Below, one piece after another: positions 17,901 through 26,287 of a DNA stretch of 34,691 bases. Position 1 is the first letter of the stretch, and each line of letters opens with the position of its first letter. The stretch comes from Gemmatimonadota bacterium (GTDB lineage: Bacteria > JBHIER01 > G020348925), in NCBI GenBank assembly GCA_020348925.1, contig CP070758.1, positions 1,630,469 to 1,665,159 of the forward strand, read 5' to 3'. The position numbers and the translations under genes were made by a program. The notes under the pieces were generated by a model that was not told the DNA's origin, ran no database searches, and saw nothing but the letters and a program-made list of their open reading frames with translations.

Positions 17901-18420
17901 GGAAACAGGTGCGTTTCGGCCGTGGAATCCTGCGATGCAGAACATAGGGGTAACGACCGCGTTCGGTATCAAGAGAGGAGAAGGCGGTCGGTCGCCCGTC
18001 AGACAGGAGGAGCGACTTGGGGATGTGATGGACACCTCCTCTGACAATCAGTTCGATGAGTCAGGAGAGAGCCAGGGGGGAAGGACGGGAGCGACGGGCA
18101 AGCCATGGTCCCTGAATCTTACCCATAATTATTCATTGTCCAAATCGTCAGTTCTTTCGAGAACCCAGTGGTTCCGAGGACGGCTCGGTTTCTACCTCAC
18201 GAAAAATTGGAAGATCGATTATTCGGCCTCCTTTGATATGGAGAAAAGTCGATTTACTGCTCAGCAGCTTGTTCTCTACCGCGATTTGCATTGTTGGGAG
18301 GCGCAGTTTGTGTGGGTGCCGACCGGTGGCAGGGAGGGGTATTACTTTAAAGTGAACATTAAAGCACTTCCAGATGTGAAGATAGAGCGGGGAAGGGGAA
18401 TTGGTGAATTCGGGCTCTAA
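14926..18420 (+). CDS. lptD: LPS-assembly protein LptD with a long N-terminal OstA/LptA-like beta-jellyroll region
   Basis: YTTCDQKIPHYHF, P(V)LALPFYIFP, RHSGLLIPRYG and C-terminal YRDLHCWEAQFVWVP. The first ~410 aa are repeated OstA-like strands (G.V.I...ITCDRA, ADQVEY, GDVIEL, SDTVEL, GEEIEL, GDTITL). Start codon uncertain. Confidence 0.82.
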   Translation: MISKRIATPFMAASFFLICPRVLGLWIHLDFPVEQIETSRAEPIYVRHADRFESETREGHEVRSFFGDVEIEHRETRITCDRATYIEYENKVLLSGRVEIQQPVRLILADQVEYFERIREIIGSGDTVRVVDSEKGVTAQGGYIRYNLNSETGYITKRPQLFKYSEGNALEATLSGDVIELFSQEKRAVARGDSVRLYDLKNNLELHGKNVSYYYEKRYAVAAGLPKIRKHDEADSLFMTVTSDTVELFSDEELLKAFGNVRIEREGFSAQGGQALFSERGEKVVLRKNPTLRHSTNTLVGEEIELILEDWKVARVLAYGHAQATSTSREDSVGVPVNVNELAGKRITLFLRDEEAESLVVAGTATSLYHLQEDQDQRAMNEASGDTITLFFLEGKIDDIRIMGGTRGTYYAHSLGAAEAVDTVSYLSDRIDYNIDEGIIILLGNNRIEYRNIVLTAGRITFNTATDRLTAEGVRDTVGRVSGSPVLKEGEEHIEGEWLDYNMKTRKGKIRRGETKFEKGFYHGEKIRKVADKTLNIDHGRYTTCDQKIPHYHFYTRRMKFYQNDKVIVKPVVLCFGDVPVLALPFYIFPIKKGRHSGLLIPRYGSTDRDGRYLRDAGYYYAPSEYWDALAKFSFYEWTGWMVESRFRYALRYNFGGSIGGSYRWDRRYVGSSEERRERWNFKFNHNHTIRPSLSVKASGDFVSDASYYQDVSFSALERMERTLRSELIFDKRWEGSSMSLRFNHERNLDRKRTTENLPILTFRRSQRPLFRTGSERGEGHASTSKKWYHALSYSYNFLFVNWDSKVGDDSERHIGADHRIDLSGPQSIGEWLHLTPRMKFRETWFDEDTTGNQWVRRGSYEASLSANTTLYGLFRPRIGPLTMVRHKIQPRLSFTYRPDFENRGRYYSFGGIGALAGPQKVVGMGISNFFQGKTMTENGEKKFDIATLDVTTGYDFRALGPKFGTVNTALRIYPSKGLNIDLNATHSLYDRETGAFRPWNPAMQNIGVTTAFGIKRGEGGRSPVRQEERLGDVMDTSSDNQFDESGESQGGRTGATGKPWSLNLTHNYSLSKSSVLSRTQWFRGRLGFYLTKNWKIDYSASFDMEKSRFTAQQLVLYRDLHCWEAQFVWVPTGGREGYYFKVNIKALPDVKIERGRGIGEFGL

Positions 18421-18492
18421 GAACCCCGGGGAGATGGGCGCCGGGGCAAGCCGAAAAAAATGTAAAAAAATGCATTTTTTTAAAAAAAATGC

Positions 18493-18521
18493 TTGACAAT
18501 CAAGCCTTTTTTTGTTAATCT
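18493..18521 (+). promoter_or_regulatory. Sigma70-type promoter of hup with upstream A/T tracts
   Basis: TTGACA (18493-18498), N17, TAATCT (18516-18521), extended -10 TG at 18513-18514. A/T tracts at 18454-18489. Confidence 0.7.
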
Positions 18522-18596
18522 CAGTGATACGTTTTTGTTACACCCTTAGTTCTACGAAAAGGTTGATCATGATATTATCGAGAGGAGGTGAAGTAA

Positions 18597-18872
18597 ATGA
18601 CCCGTGAAGATATGATTGCGAAAATGGCCAAGGAGGCTGGTATCTCCAAAGCTGCAGCGGATAAGGCCATGCGGTCTTTCACGACAAATGTCACCAAGGC
18701 GGTGAAAAAAGGCGACAAATTCACGTTGGTGGGCTTTGGAACATTTTATGCCCAAAAGAGAGCTGCGCGCAAAGGACGAAATCCTCAAACTGGTGAAACC
18801 ATAAGAATTCCGGCTGCCAAGGTACCGAAATTTAAGCCTGGCAAAGCCTTGAAGGATGCCGTAAAGAAGTAG
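18597..18872 (+). CDS. hup: DNA-binding protein HU
   Basis: LVGFGTF...RAARKGRNPQTGETIRIPAAKVPKFKPGKALKDAV; GGAGGTG RBS. Confidence 0.97.
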   Translation: MTREDMIAKMAKEAGISKAAADKAMRSFTTNVTKAVKKGDKFTLVGFGTFYAQKRAARKGRNPQTGETIRIPAAKVPKFKPGKALKDAVKK

Positions 18873-18998
18873 GATGATTATCCGACGCGGTATTTGAGGT
18901 TGGGTAGCGAGTTTTCTGGTTGTGTTTTGAGTTGGTCTGAGAACTAAGGGGGGGACACTCAGAGGGAGATGCGTGTGCATGCGCACATCCAATGATTG

Positions 18999-19039
18999 GA
19001 AAGGAGCAAGGGAATGATTTCCTTGCTCCTTTCATTTTT
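18999..19039 (+). terminator. Intrinsic terminator downstream of hup
   Basis: Perfect 13-bp stem GAAAGGAGCAAGG (18999-19011) / CCTTGCTCCTTTC (19021-19033), followed by ATTTTT. Confidence 0.75.
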
Positions 19040-19057
19040 AGGAGAGAAATAGGGTCC

Positions 19058-20311
19058 ATGGTGACCGTAAATGCCCGGACGATCTGCATTTTTGAAGACG
19101 CAGCATACACTCGTCTTCTTCCTCCTGCGTATACACGACCTGTGTATGATCTCGTGTGCGGCCTCTCAACGTTACGGGAGAAAATACTCCGACAGTACCG
19201 AGGCTACGAATGTATTCTCCACTGCCGAAGCTATCTGGCAGCGACGCTCCGGATTGAAAATCCTGGTATACGGATCAATGAGACGCCTGGCGGAGATTGT
19301 CTCTTCATCAATGGAAGAATCCTCGTGGCTGCGGATTTTGCCGGGCACATCCCGATGGAAGGAAAGGAAACCCTCTACGTTTCCGGGAAAACCCTCATCG
19401 CCGCTCGCGTCGGTCGGGAGCGTGCTCAGCGACTCGACCTGGCCTCCCCTCTCGATCTGGAGACATTCGCAATCGGCGAACGAATCGAATGTGACGCCGA
19501 TATGATTCGCTATCCCTGGGATTGTATTGAGAGAAACGGAGAATACATTCGACAGGACTTCGAGCAGAAGATCGGTACGGGATCGCTTGGCGAAGGAATC
19601 CATGAGAGTGTCACAGTTCTTGAGGAGCACAGAGTCTTCGTAGAGAGAGGCGCACGGATCAAGCCCAATGTGGTTTTGGATGCTGAGGGTGGACCGATAT
19701 ATGTGGGACAGAGAGCCACAATTTCTTCGAACGCGACTATTGAGGGACCCGCCGTCATAGGACCCGAGACGCAGGTGAATGCGGGGGCTCGAATCTCAGG
19801 GGGCACAACCATCGGGCCGATCTGTAAAATTGGCGGTGAAGTGAGTCAGTCCATTATTCATGGCTACAGCAACAAACAGCACGATGGCTATCTCGGCCAT
19901 TCGTACATCGGGAGCTGGGTGAATTTAGGGGCCGGGACGACCAATTCGGATTTGAAAAACAATTATCAACCGGTCAGGGTCTGTGTCAATGGGGAATTTG
20001 TGAATACAGAATCCCTCTTCGTCGGGCTTATCATGGGAGATCATTCAAAAACCGGCATTCAAACCATGTTTACTACCGGTACGGTTGTGGGTGTTTCATG
20101 TAACGTGTTCGGTGCTGATTTTCCGCCAAAATATATTCCTTCCTATTCCTGGGGTGGCTCCGGGGGGGTGACTGAGTACGAACTGGAAAAGGCGATCGAG
20201 ACTGCCAGAACGGTTATGGCTCGTCGAAACAGGGAACTTACCCCTGAGGGTGAGGACCTTTTGCGATACATTTTTGGGATAACCGCCGCTGAAAGAGGTT
20301 CCGTCGCATAA
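19058..20311 (+). CDS. GlmU-like putative sugar nucleotidyltransferase/hexapeptide-repeat acyltransferase
   Basis: N-terminal 'FED...LLPPAYTRPVYDLVCG..TLREK', LFINGR, hexapeptide repeats, SNKQHDGYLGHSYIGSWVNLGAGTTNSDLKN. ATG 19058 preferred because the ORF-track start at 18992 would run through the terminator. Confidence 0.85.
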   Translation: MVTVNARTICIFEDAAYTRLLPPAYTRPVYDLVCGLSTLREKILRQYRGYECILHCRSYLAATLRIENPGIRINETPGGDCLFINGRILVAADFAGHIPMEGKETLYVSGKTLIAARVGRERAQRLDLASPLDLETFAIGERIECDADMIRYPWDCIERNGEYIRQDFEQKIGTGSLGEGIHESVTVLEEHRVFVERGARIKPNVVLDAEGGPIYVGQRATISSNATIEGPAVIGPETQVNAGARISGGTTIGPICKIGGEVSQSIIHGYSNKQHDGYLGHSYIGSWVNLGAGTTNSDLKNNYQPVRVCVNGEFVNTESLFVGLIMGDHSKTGIQTMFTTGTVVGVSCNVFGADFPPKYIPSYSWGGSGGVTEYELEKAIETARTVMARRNRELTPEGEDLLRYIFGITAAERGSVA

Positions 20312-20410
20312 CCATTCCTTTGTTTCTCTGAGTAGTCCAATCTCTTTTCCCTCAACCTTATGATCGAACATGTTTGGGTTTGAAAAAAGAGAACGCCTGG
20401 ATGTCGTGGC

Positions 20411-21172
20411 ATGATGAAGAGGGCTCTGTTGGCTCTTCATATTTTATGGCTGGTCGGACGTCCCCTGTGGGCTCAGGACGTATCACACGTGGAATTGAGA
20501 CACCTCGTCGATTCACCCACGGCCGGCCTTCTTTCACAGTGGACCTATGCCTGTGACCTGCGGGTATTTCCCAACGGCGGTGTGTTGGCGAAAGTATCGG
20601 TGGGTCTCCTGAGCCGATTCAGTGCAGGGCTTTCTTATGGTGGTCTTAACATCATTGGTCAGGGGGAACTCAATTGGAACCCGCGAATCGAGTTTCAGGC
20701 CCGAGTGCGCGTCGTCGATGAGGGTTTTTTCAGGCCGGCTCTTGCCTGTGGCTTTGATTCTCAGGGATATGGATGCTACGATGAGGGCTTGGAACGATAC
20801 CAGATCAAATCGAAAGGAGTCTATGCGGTTCTCAGCAAGAGTTTTTGGTTGCTTGGTCCTCTGGGCTTGCACGGAGGTGCGAACTACAGCTTCGAAGATA
20901 GGGATAAAGATGACGACATATCCTTTTTCGCCGGCGTTGATAAGGATCTCTTGGCAGGGTTTGTGCTGCTGGCCGAATATGATTTTGCCCTGAACGACAA
21001 CAGGGAGGACGGGGTGTACGGGGCGGGTGGGGGATACGTGAATGCGGGGCTCCGATGGACCTTCGCAAAAAAACTGAGCCTTGAGTTTGATTTTAAAAAC
21101 CTGGCTGACAACCGTGAGGACAGTCCCCGTGTGGGCCGCGAAGTGCGTATCGTCTATTGGGATCAGTTTTAG
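20411..21172 (+). CDS. Outer-membrane beta-barrel protein, YjbH-domain-like
   Basis: Signal peptide (LWA-Q), LVDSPTAG motif, alternating amphipathic strands, terminal aromatic (YWDQF). Confidence 0.65.
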   Translation: MMKRALLALHILWLVGRPLWAQDVSHVELRHLVDSPTAGLLSQWTYACDLRVFPNGGVLAKVSVGLLSRFSAGLSYGGLNIIGQGELNWNPRIEFQARVRVVDEGFFRPALACGFDSQGYGCYDEGLERYQIKSKGVYAVLSKSFWLLGPLGLHGGANYSFEDRDKDDDISFFAGVDKDLLAGFVLLAEYDFALNDNREDGVYGAGGGYVNAGLRWTFAKKLSLEFDFKNLADNREDSPRVGREVRIVYWDQF

Positions 21173-21230
21173 CCGCAGCGTCTCAGAGACATCTCATTTC
21201 GGACCACTTTTTGGATCCATCCGTGATACA

Positions 21231-22715
21231 ATGCACCTGATGTTTTCTCACAGACAGATGATTCTTTCCTTGCTTGTGCTTGGAATTGTGTCGGTTGGAT
21301 ACAGCCAAACCAACTCTGAGAGCGCTCTTGATGCCGCACTTGGAACCATCGCAGCGGAAGATCTCATGCGCAACGTCCGCCATCTTGCCTCGGAGGAATT
21401 CGAGGGTCGTCTGTCCGGCGGCGAGGGGTATAACGGCGCTGCCCGCTGGGTCGCGGAACAGTTTGCATCGTGCGGTCTGAAACCCGCGGGGGATGCTGAA
21501 ACCTATTTTCAGCACTTCGATGTCGAATACAATGAGATCCTCAGTCCGGCCCGTCTGAACGTGGTCGTCGCCGATTCGGTGCAGCACGCCTACACCATTG
21601 GGGAAGATTTTGTGGCGAGAGGGTTCTCCGGTCAGGGATTGATGACGGCACCGGTGGTCTTTTGCGGGTATGGTGTGCGTTCGTTGGAGAATGACTATGA
21701 CGATTACTCAGGGGTGGAAGTGAGGGACAAGATCGTCATGGTCTTGAAAGGTGCACCCTCGTGGGAGGCTGACTGGGGGGACGCTCGCTGGCCTCGTGTG
21801 AAGGCACAGACAGCCCATGAGCAGGGCGCCATTGGCATGCTGCTCGTCTCTGAGCCCCACAAAGAGAGAAGTGCAGCGCTTGTAGGGAGCGTCTTCCACG
21901 GTCCTGGCGAGCAGTTGCTCAACTTCCCGGCTCTCCATATTTCTCAGAAAGCAGCTGCAGACTTTCTCAGCAGAAGCGGAAAGGGATTGACAGAGGTACA
22001 AACCATCATCGACCGGGCTCGTCGACCTCATTCTTTTCCCCTGGAGTTGGAGGCTCACATTGAAATACATGTCCGGTACCGAAAAAGACAGGGAACCATG
22101 AACGTCCTGGGTCTCTGGGAAGGGGCTGATCCTGAGCTGAAGGATACGTGCGTTCTTGTCGGTGCCCATCTGGACCATGTGGGATCTCAGGCCGAGGCCA
22201 TCACCTTTCCCGGCGCCAATGACAATGCCTCAGGTGTGTCGGCGCTTCTTGAGATCGCGAGGGCGTTCTCCGGGGCACGCCTTTCCCCCCAAAGATCTCT
22301 TCTCTTCATTGCTTTTTCAGCTGAGGAGCAGGGACTCTATGGTTCACGGTTTTACGCGGCACATCCTGTGGTCCCGCTTGATCGAACGGTGGCGATGATC
22401 AATATAGACTGCATCGGTGCGGGTGAGGGGATGAGGGTCGGAGGGGGACAAGATTACCCGCACTTCTATAGACGTGTGCTGACCGTAAATGAGAAGTCCA
22501 CGCAGTTCGACCTTCCACAATCAGACGCAGGTGGCGGTGCCGATGCCGCCCCCTTCCACGAGCGTGGCATTCCCAACCTTTATTTTGCCACCACCAAGGG
22601 CTACGCCCACCTTCACCAAATTTCCGATACTCCGGAGACACTCAATCCCGAATTGTTTGAAAAAGCCGCTCGTCTTACCTTTCTGACACTATGGACGGTG
22701 GCCAACGAGAAATAG
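21231..22715 (+). CDS. M28 family aminopeptidase with PA domain, exported
   Basis: LASEEFEGR, APVVFCGYG (PA domain), GAHLDH, GANDNASG, FSAEEQG, NIDCIG, HQISDT. The signal peptide begins near ATG 21231-21258. Confidence 0.9.
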   Translation: MHLMFSHRQMILSLLVLGIVSVGYSQTNSESALDAALGTIAAEDLMRNVRHLASEEFEGRLSGGEGYNGAARWVAEQFASCGLKPAGDAETYFQHFDVEYNEILSPARLNVVVADSVQHAYTIGEDFVARGFSGQGLMTAPVVFCGYGVRSLENDYDDYSGVEVRDKIVMVLKGAPSWEADWGDARWPRVKAQTAHEQGAIGMLLVSEPHKERSAALVGSVFHGPGEQLLNFPALHISQKAAADFLSRSGKGLTEVQTIIDRARRPHSFPLELEAHIEIHVRYRKRQGTMNVLGLWEGADPELKDTCVLVGAHLDHVGSQAEAITFPGANDNASGVSALLEIARAFSGARLSPQRSLLFIAFSAEEQGLYGSRFYAAHPVVPLDRTVAMINIDCIGAGEGMRVGGGQDYPHFYRRVLTVNEKSTQFDLPQSDAGGGADAAPFHERGIPNLYFATTKGYAHLHQISDTPETLNPELFEKAARLTFLTLWTVANEK

Positions 22716-22718
22716 TGT

Positions 22719-23957
22719 TCATCTGTGTGGAAAGGGCTCTTGAAGCTTCAATGAGGAGTACAAAGCTGCAAGACCGAAGAGGAGAACGATGGAATAGAGC
22801 ACCGGAAAGGACGTCATATCGAGCAGCACGCCTCCGATGCCGGAGAAGAGAAGAGTCGGGGCAATAAACGTATTCATCATTCCCACATACGTAGGTCTCT
22901 CCTTGGCTGGCGCAATGGCCAGAAGGAAGCTGTGGTAGCCCGTGCGAATCCCGCTGTAAAAGGCTCCGAGAAAGAAGAAGAGGAGACCGAAGAGAAGGAT
23001 TGGGACCTGCACTATAGTGCTGCTCAGCACCAGAAGAGGAGGGAACAGGGTTATGGTCGCAGTGAGTTGGAGGACGACTCTTGTGCTGGCATTGTTGCTG
23101 AGCCAGCCCCATAGCAGGTTCGAGGTGACGACACCGAGCATTTGGACGGCCAGAAACACTCCCACAGTACTCTCGGACAGTCCGTACTTCCGTATGGCGT
23201 AGATGATGTAGAAAGGAAGTCCCATGTAGAAGGAGCCTATCAGCCACCGAAAAATGAGAAACCGTCTGTAATTGAGATCCTCCCGGAGTATTTCAAATCC
23301 CCTGCGGTGATGGTCTCTGAGCGATTTTCGCTCTTCGAGTTCAATGGAGTCGGGCTCTTTTACCAGGCAGAAAGAGATCAGGGCGGCGCTGATGATGAAG
23401 AAATTTATGGCGAACAGCGTCCCGTAGTTTTGGGGATAGGGACTGTTGCTCAAGACGAGCCGAATGACGGTCAGACTGGCGATAAAGGACAGGGCGCCGC
23501 CCAGAGAAACCCGCCAGCCGAAAAAGCTGCCCCGTCGGTGCGGCGGGATGGTTTTGCCGGTGATATCGAGAAAGGCCACGCCGGCGATACCGCCGGAGAT
23601 GGCAAAGAGGCAAAACAGAACCAAGAATATCACCAAGAGATGAAACCTCTGGTGGGCATAGAGAAAGACGGACAGAGCCAGGAGGCCGAAAGCAATGCTG
23701 CGAAAAACAGCCATGATCACGTACACCGGCTTTTTCCGAGCTTTGGACTGGACCAGACCTGCCACGAAGTACTGGGGCAGAAGCCAGCCGATCTCTTCCA
23801 GGCTGGCAATGGCCCCGATGAGAAAGCTGGAGGTTGTCAGGCGGCTCAGAAAGGCAGGCAGAATGGTCGATCCGCTGATAAAGGTAAAAGCTACGTTGAA
23901 GAGGACGCCGTTGGCGATGCCTAAGAAGTAATTGCGCTTGAAATGTGTTCGATCCAT
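22719..23957 (-). CDS. MFS transporter
   Basis: About 12 TM segments with GKTIPPHRRGSFFG, WGWLSN and APAKERPTYVG. Start placed at MDRTHF (23957); the longer ORF to 24101 adds a non-membrane, low-complexity extension. Confidence 0.85.
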   Translation of the reverse strand: MDRTHFKRNYFLGIANGVLFNVAFTFISGSTILPAFLSRLTTSSFLIGAIASLEEIGWLLPQYFVAGLVQSKARKKPVYVIMAVFRSIAFGLLALSVFLYAHQRFHLLVIFLVLFCLFAISGGIAGVAFLDITGKTIPPHRRGSFFGWRVSLGGALSFIASLTVIRLVLSNSPYPQNYGTLFAINFFIISAALISFCLVKEPDSIELEERKSLRDHHRRGFEILREDLNYRRFLIFRWLIGSFYMGLPFYIIYAIRKYGLSESTVGVFLAVQMLGVVTSNLLWGWLSNNASTRVVLQLTATITLFPPLLVLSSTIVQVPILLFGLLFFFLGAFYSGIRTGYHSFLLAIAPAKERPTYVGMMNTFIAPTLLFSGIGGVLLDMTSFPVLYSIVLLFGLAALYSSLKLQEPFPHR

Positions 23958-24162
23958 AGGTATTGAACGGTTTTCATGGGGTCTTCGAGAAGCAGGCAGA
24001 AAGCGTCGTGATGCGGTTGAAAGCCCACCATGGAAAGCGGTGGTCCGGTCACGCGGTTCCGACGTCTGTTTCGCACGATATTTCCTCTTCTTCGTGTTCA
24101 AGAATTTCTGTGCAGCTCTCGGGGAAAAAGGGAACCCTCACCACGAGGATGAAAGGGACGCC

Positions 24163-25425
24163 TTAACCGTAATCGAACGATCTGCTTGTACCAAGTTCAC
24201 CCTCCGTGGCGGCGACAATGACGGCCGCTGAACTGTCTCCGCTTATATTTGTCACTGTCCGGCACATGTCCAGGATTCTGTCCACACCCAGGATCAAGGC
24301 AATCCCCTCCAGCGGAACCCCAATCGTTTTCAGCACGAGTGCCAGAGTGATCATGCCCACACCAGGGACACCCGCAGCTCCAATAGAAGCCAGCGTCGCT
24401 GTCAATACGATCATGAGCTGGTTGCCCAGCGTCAGATGCATGCCGTATACCTCTGAGATGAAGACTGCGGCCACACCTTGGTAGAGGGCCGTGCCGTCCA
24501 TGTTGATGGTCGCCCCCAAGGGCAGGACAAAACTGGCGACGTCGTTCGGCACGTTCAAATTCTCGATGGAACACTCCATGGTCACCGGCAGGGTGGCCGA
24601 GCTGCTGCTCGTGGAGAAGGCGATGAGCTGTGCCGGTCGGATGCCTCGGAAGAACGTCAACGGATTCATCTTGGCCAGCAGACCGACGGCCGCGGGGTAG
24701 GTGAGACACGTGTGGAGAATCAAGCCGATGATGACCACTATCGAATAGCGGGCTAAGGTCAGAAGGATACCCGCACCAAACTCGCCGACGATGGCTGCGA
24801 TGAGGGCAAAGACGCCGTAAGGGGCCAGTTTCATGACGATGTGTACGATCTGGATCATGGCATCGTTGATGCCCTCGAAGAAGGCGAGTACGGATCTTGC
24901 CCTGTGGGACGGAATCATCGTCAGGGCAATTCCTAAGAGTACGGCGAAAAAGATGATCTGGAGCATGTTGGCCGTGTTCAGAGAATTGACGGGATTGGTC
25001 GGAATGATGTCCAGCAAGACGTCGATCACCCCGGGTGTTTCTTCAGCCTGTTGTATTTTCTCGAGTGCGACACCGCCGTAATTCTGGAGCAGATTTGTCT
25101 TTACCTCATCCGGCAGTCGGCTGCCTGGGCGGATGATGTTGGCCAGAAGCAGTCCAATAGTGATGGCCAGAGCGGTCGTCGTGAGGTAGTAAGTGATTGT
25201 CTTCATGCCCATACGCCCCAGTTTTCTGATGTCCCCTAAGCTGGCGGTCCCGACCAAGAGTGAGGCGAAGACCAGGGGGACGACGATCAGTGTGATCAAC
25301 CGAATGAAGGCCGTTCCAATGGGTTTTATGACTGCCGCTTTGGGGCCGAGGAGAATCCCGACCACCACGCCCAGTATGAGTCCTACGAGAATTTTCGTGT
25401 AGAGTTTGAGCTTTGGAATCTTCAT
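24163..25425 (-). CDS. Dicarboxylate/amino acid:cation symporter (DAACS, GltP/GltT-like)
   Basis: DIIPTNP, NMLQIIFF, AFSTSSSSATLP, GATINMDGT, DRILDMCRTVTNISGD. Confidence 0.95.
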   Translation of the reverse strand: MKIPKLKLYTKILVGLILGVVVGILLGPKAAVIKPIGTAFIRLITLIVVPLVFASLLVGTASLGDIRKLGRMGMKTITYYLTTTALAITIGLLLANIIRPGSRLPDEVKTNLLQNYGGVALEKIQQAEETPGVIDVLLDIIPTNPVNSLNTANMLQIIFFAVLLGIALTMIPSHRARSVLAFFEGINDAMIQIVHIVMKLAPYGVFALIAAIVGEFGAGILLTLARYSIVVIIGLILHTCLTYPAAVGLLAKMNPLTFFRGIRPAQLIAFSTSSSSATLPVTMECSIENLNVPNDVASFVLPLGATINMDGTALYQGVAAVFISEVYGMHLTLGNQLMIVLTATLASIGAAGVPGVGMITLALVLKTIGVPLEGIALILGVDRILDMCRTVTNISGDSSAAVIVAATEGELGTSRSFDYG

Positions 25426-25474
25426 AATATTTCTTCGACAAATCTTGATACCGTCTGATTATAAAGGAACCTCA

Positions 25475-25503
25475 AATATACACTGTGATCTTCACACTGT
25501 CAA
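25475..25503 (-). promoter_or_regulatory. Sigma70-type promoter of the DAACS gene
   Basis: On the minus strand: TTGACA (25503-25498), N17, TATATT (25480-25475). The spacer contains TGTGA-N3-TCACA. Confidence 0.65.
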
Positions 25504-25825
25504 AGAAAAAGTCTGCGAGTGGCCGGCAATGAGTGGAGTGCATGTCAGAGTTTGTCGTCAGACACGGAATTCTTCGACAGGCTTGGAGCTTGTCCTGAAC
25601 GAAGTGAAGAAAGTATTTCGGGGGGTGCCGTTTTCAAGCGCCCCCCCTTGCTTTCGCAGCGCACTTCGAGCAATCGCACTGCAGAGCTGGCTTGAATATA
25701 TAGGAAATGAGCCCCTGAGCAGAAATGTGTCAGGGTCATCGGTTCCGCCTCATACAAATACCTAAATTGGGCGATTCTTGGCAAACGACAATCCTTAACC
25801 TGGTTACTGCGTAAAAAAACAAAAA

Positions 25826-25915
25826 CTGTCGTTCCTGCGCATGCAGAAATCTCCCAAATATACACAACAGACTCTCAATGAAGGAGATTCCGGGAGAAAC
25901 CTGCAATGACAGAGT
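25826..25915. repeat. Degenerate copy of the REP-like element at 14660-14772
   Basis: 25883-25915 matches 14743-14775 at 29 of 33 nt. Left end CTGTCGTTCC...AATCTCC. Confidence 0.6.
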
Positions 25916-26031
25916 CTCTCATTGTGGAAGATTGCATGGAACAAAGTTGAAAACTTGGATACATTCTGACTTTTCAAGTGTATTCATGGCATCTTAAGTT
26001 CGCTGTGATTTTATGAATACTCCGGATGAAA

Positions 26032-26120
26032 TGTCATTCTGAGTCCGATGTCATCGGGCGAAGAATCTCTCGGCTCATGAGTGAGATTCTTCACTTCACC
26101 TTGCTCCGTTCAGAATGACA
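26032..26120. repeat. REP-like palindromic element (GTCATTCTGA...TCAGAATGAC type)
   Basis: 11-bp terminal inverted repeat TGTCATTCTGA / TCAGAATGACA. Internal 10-bp inverted pair GAAGAATCTC (26060-26069) / GAGATTCTTC (26083-26092). Confidence 0.75.
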
Positions 26121-26185
26121 AGTCTTGTACATTGAGTTCACAATTGCTCAGCTTAGGAAATAATTAATACGTTTCGGTTTTTTTC

Positions 26186-26214
26186 TTGACATGTGTTGTG
26201 TCTCCCTTTAGGTT
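26186..26214 (+). promoter_or_regulatory. Sigma70-type promoter of the MATE gene
   Basis: TTGACA (26186-26191), N17, TAGGTT (26209-26214). Confidence 0.55.
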
Positions 26215-26287
26215 TTCGCAACTTTTATTTGTTCTTAAGGAGAAGGAGGAGAGAGATCTGAATGTACTCAGAGACAGACCACTGACG

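Noticed and set aside
18424-18446. CCCCGG...CCGGGG hairpin after lptD as a terminator
   Set aside because: The stem is only 6 bp with a large loop and no following U-tract on the plus strand; too weak to call.
23142-23924. 260-aa plus-strand ORF
   Set aside because: Antisense shadow of the hydrophobic MFS gene; no independent evidence.
25406-25865. ORFs of 119 aa and 106 aa in the DAACS-MATE spacer; also considered a riboswitch or CRISPR array here
   Set aside because: The ORFs run through promoter and repeat elements. I saw no regularly spaced identical repeats, no cas genes and no riboswitch consensus I could match.
26186-26257. TTG start of the MATE ORF at 26186
   Set aside because: That TTG is part of the TTGACA -35 box of the likely promoter.
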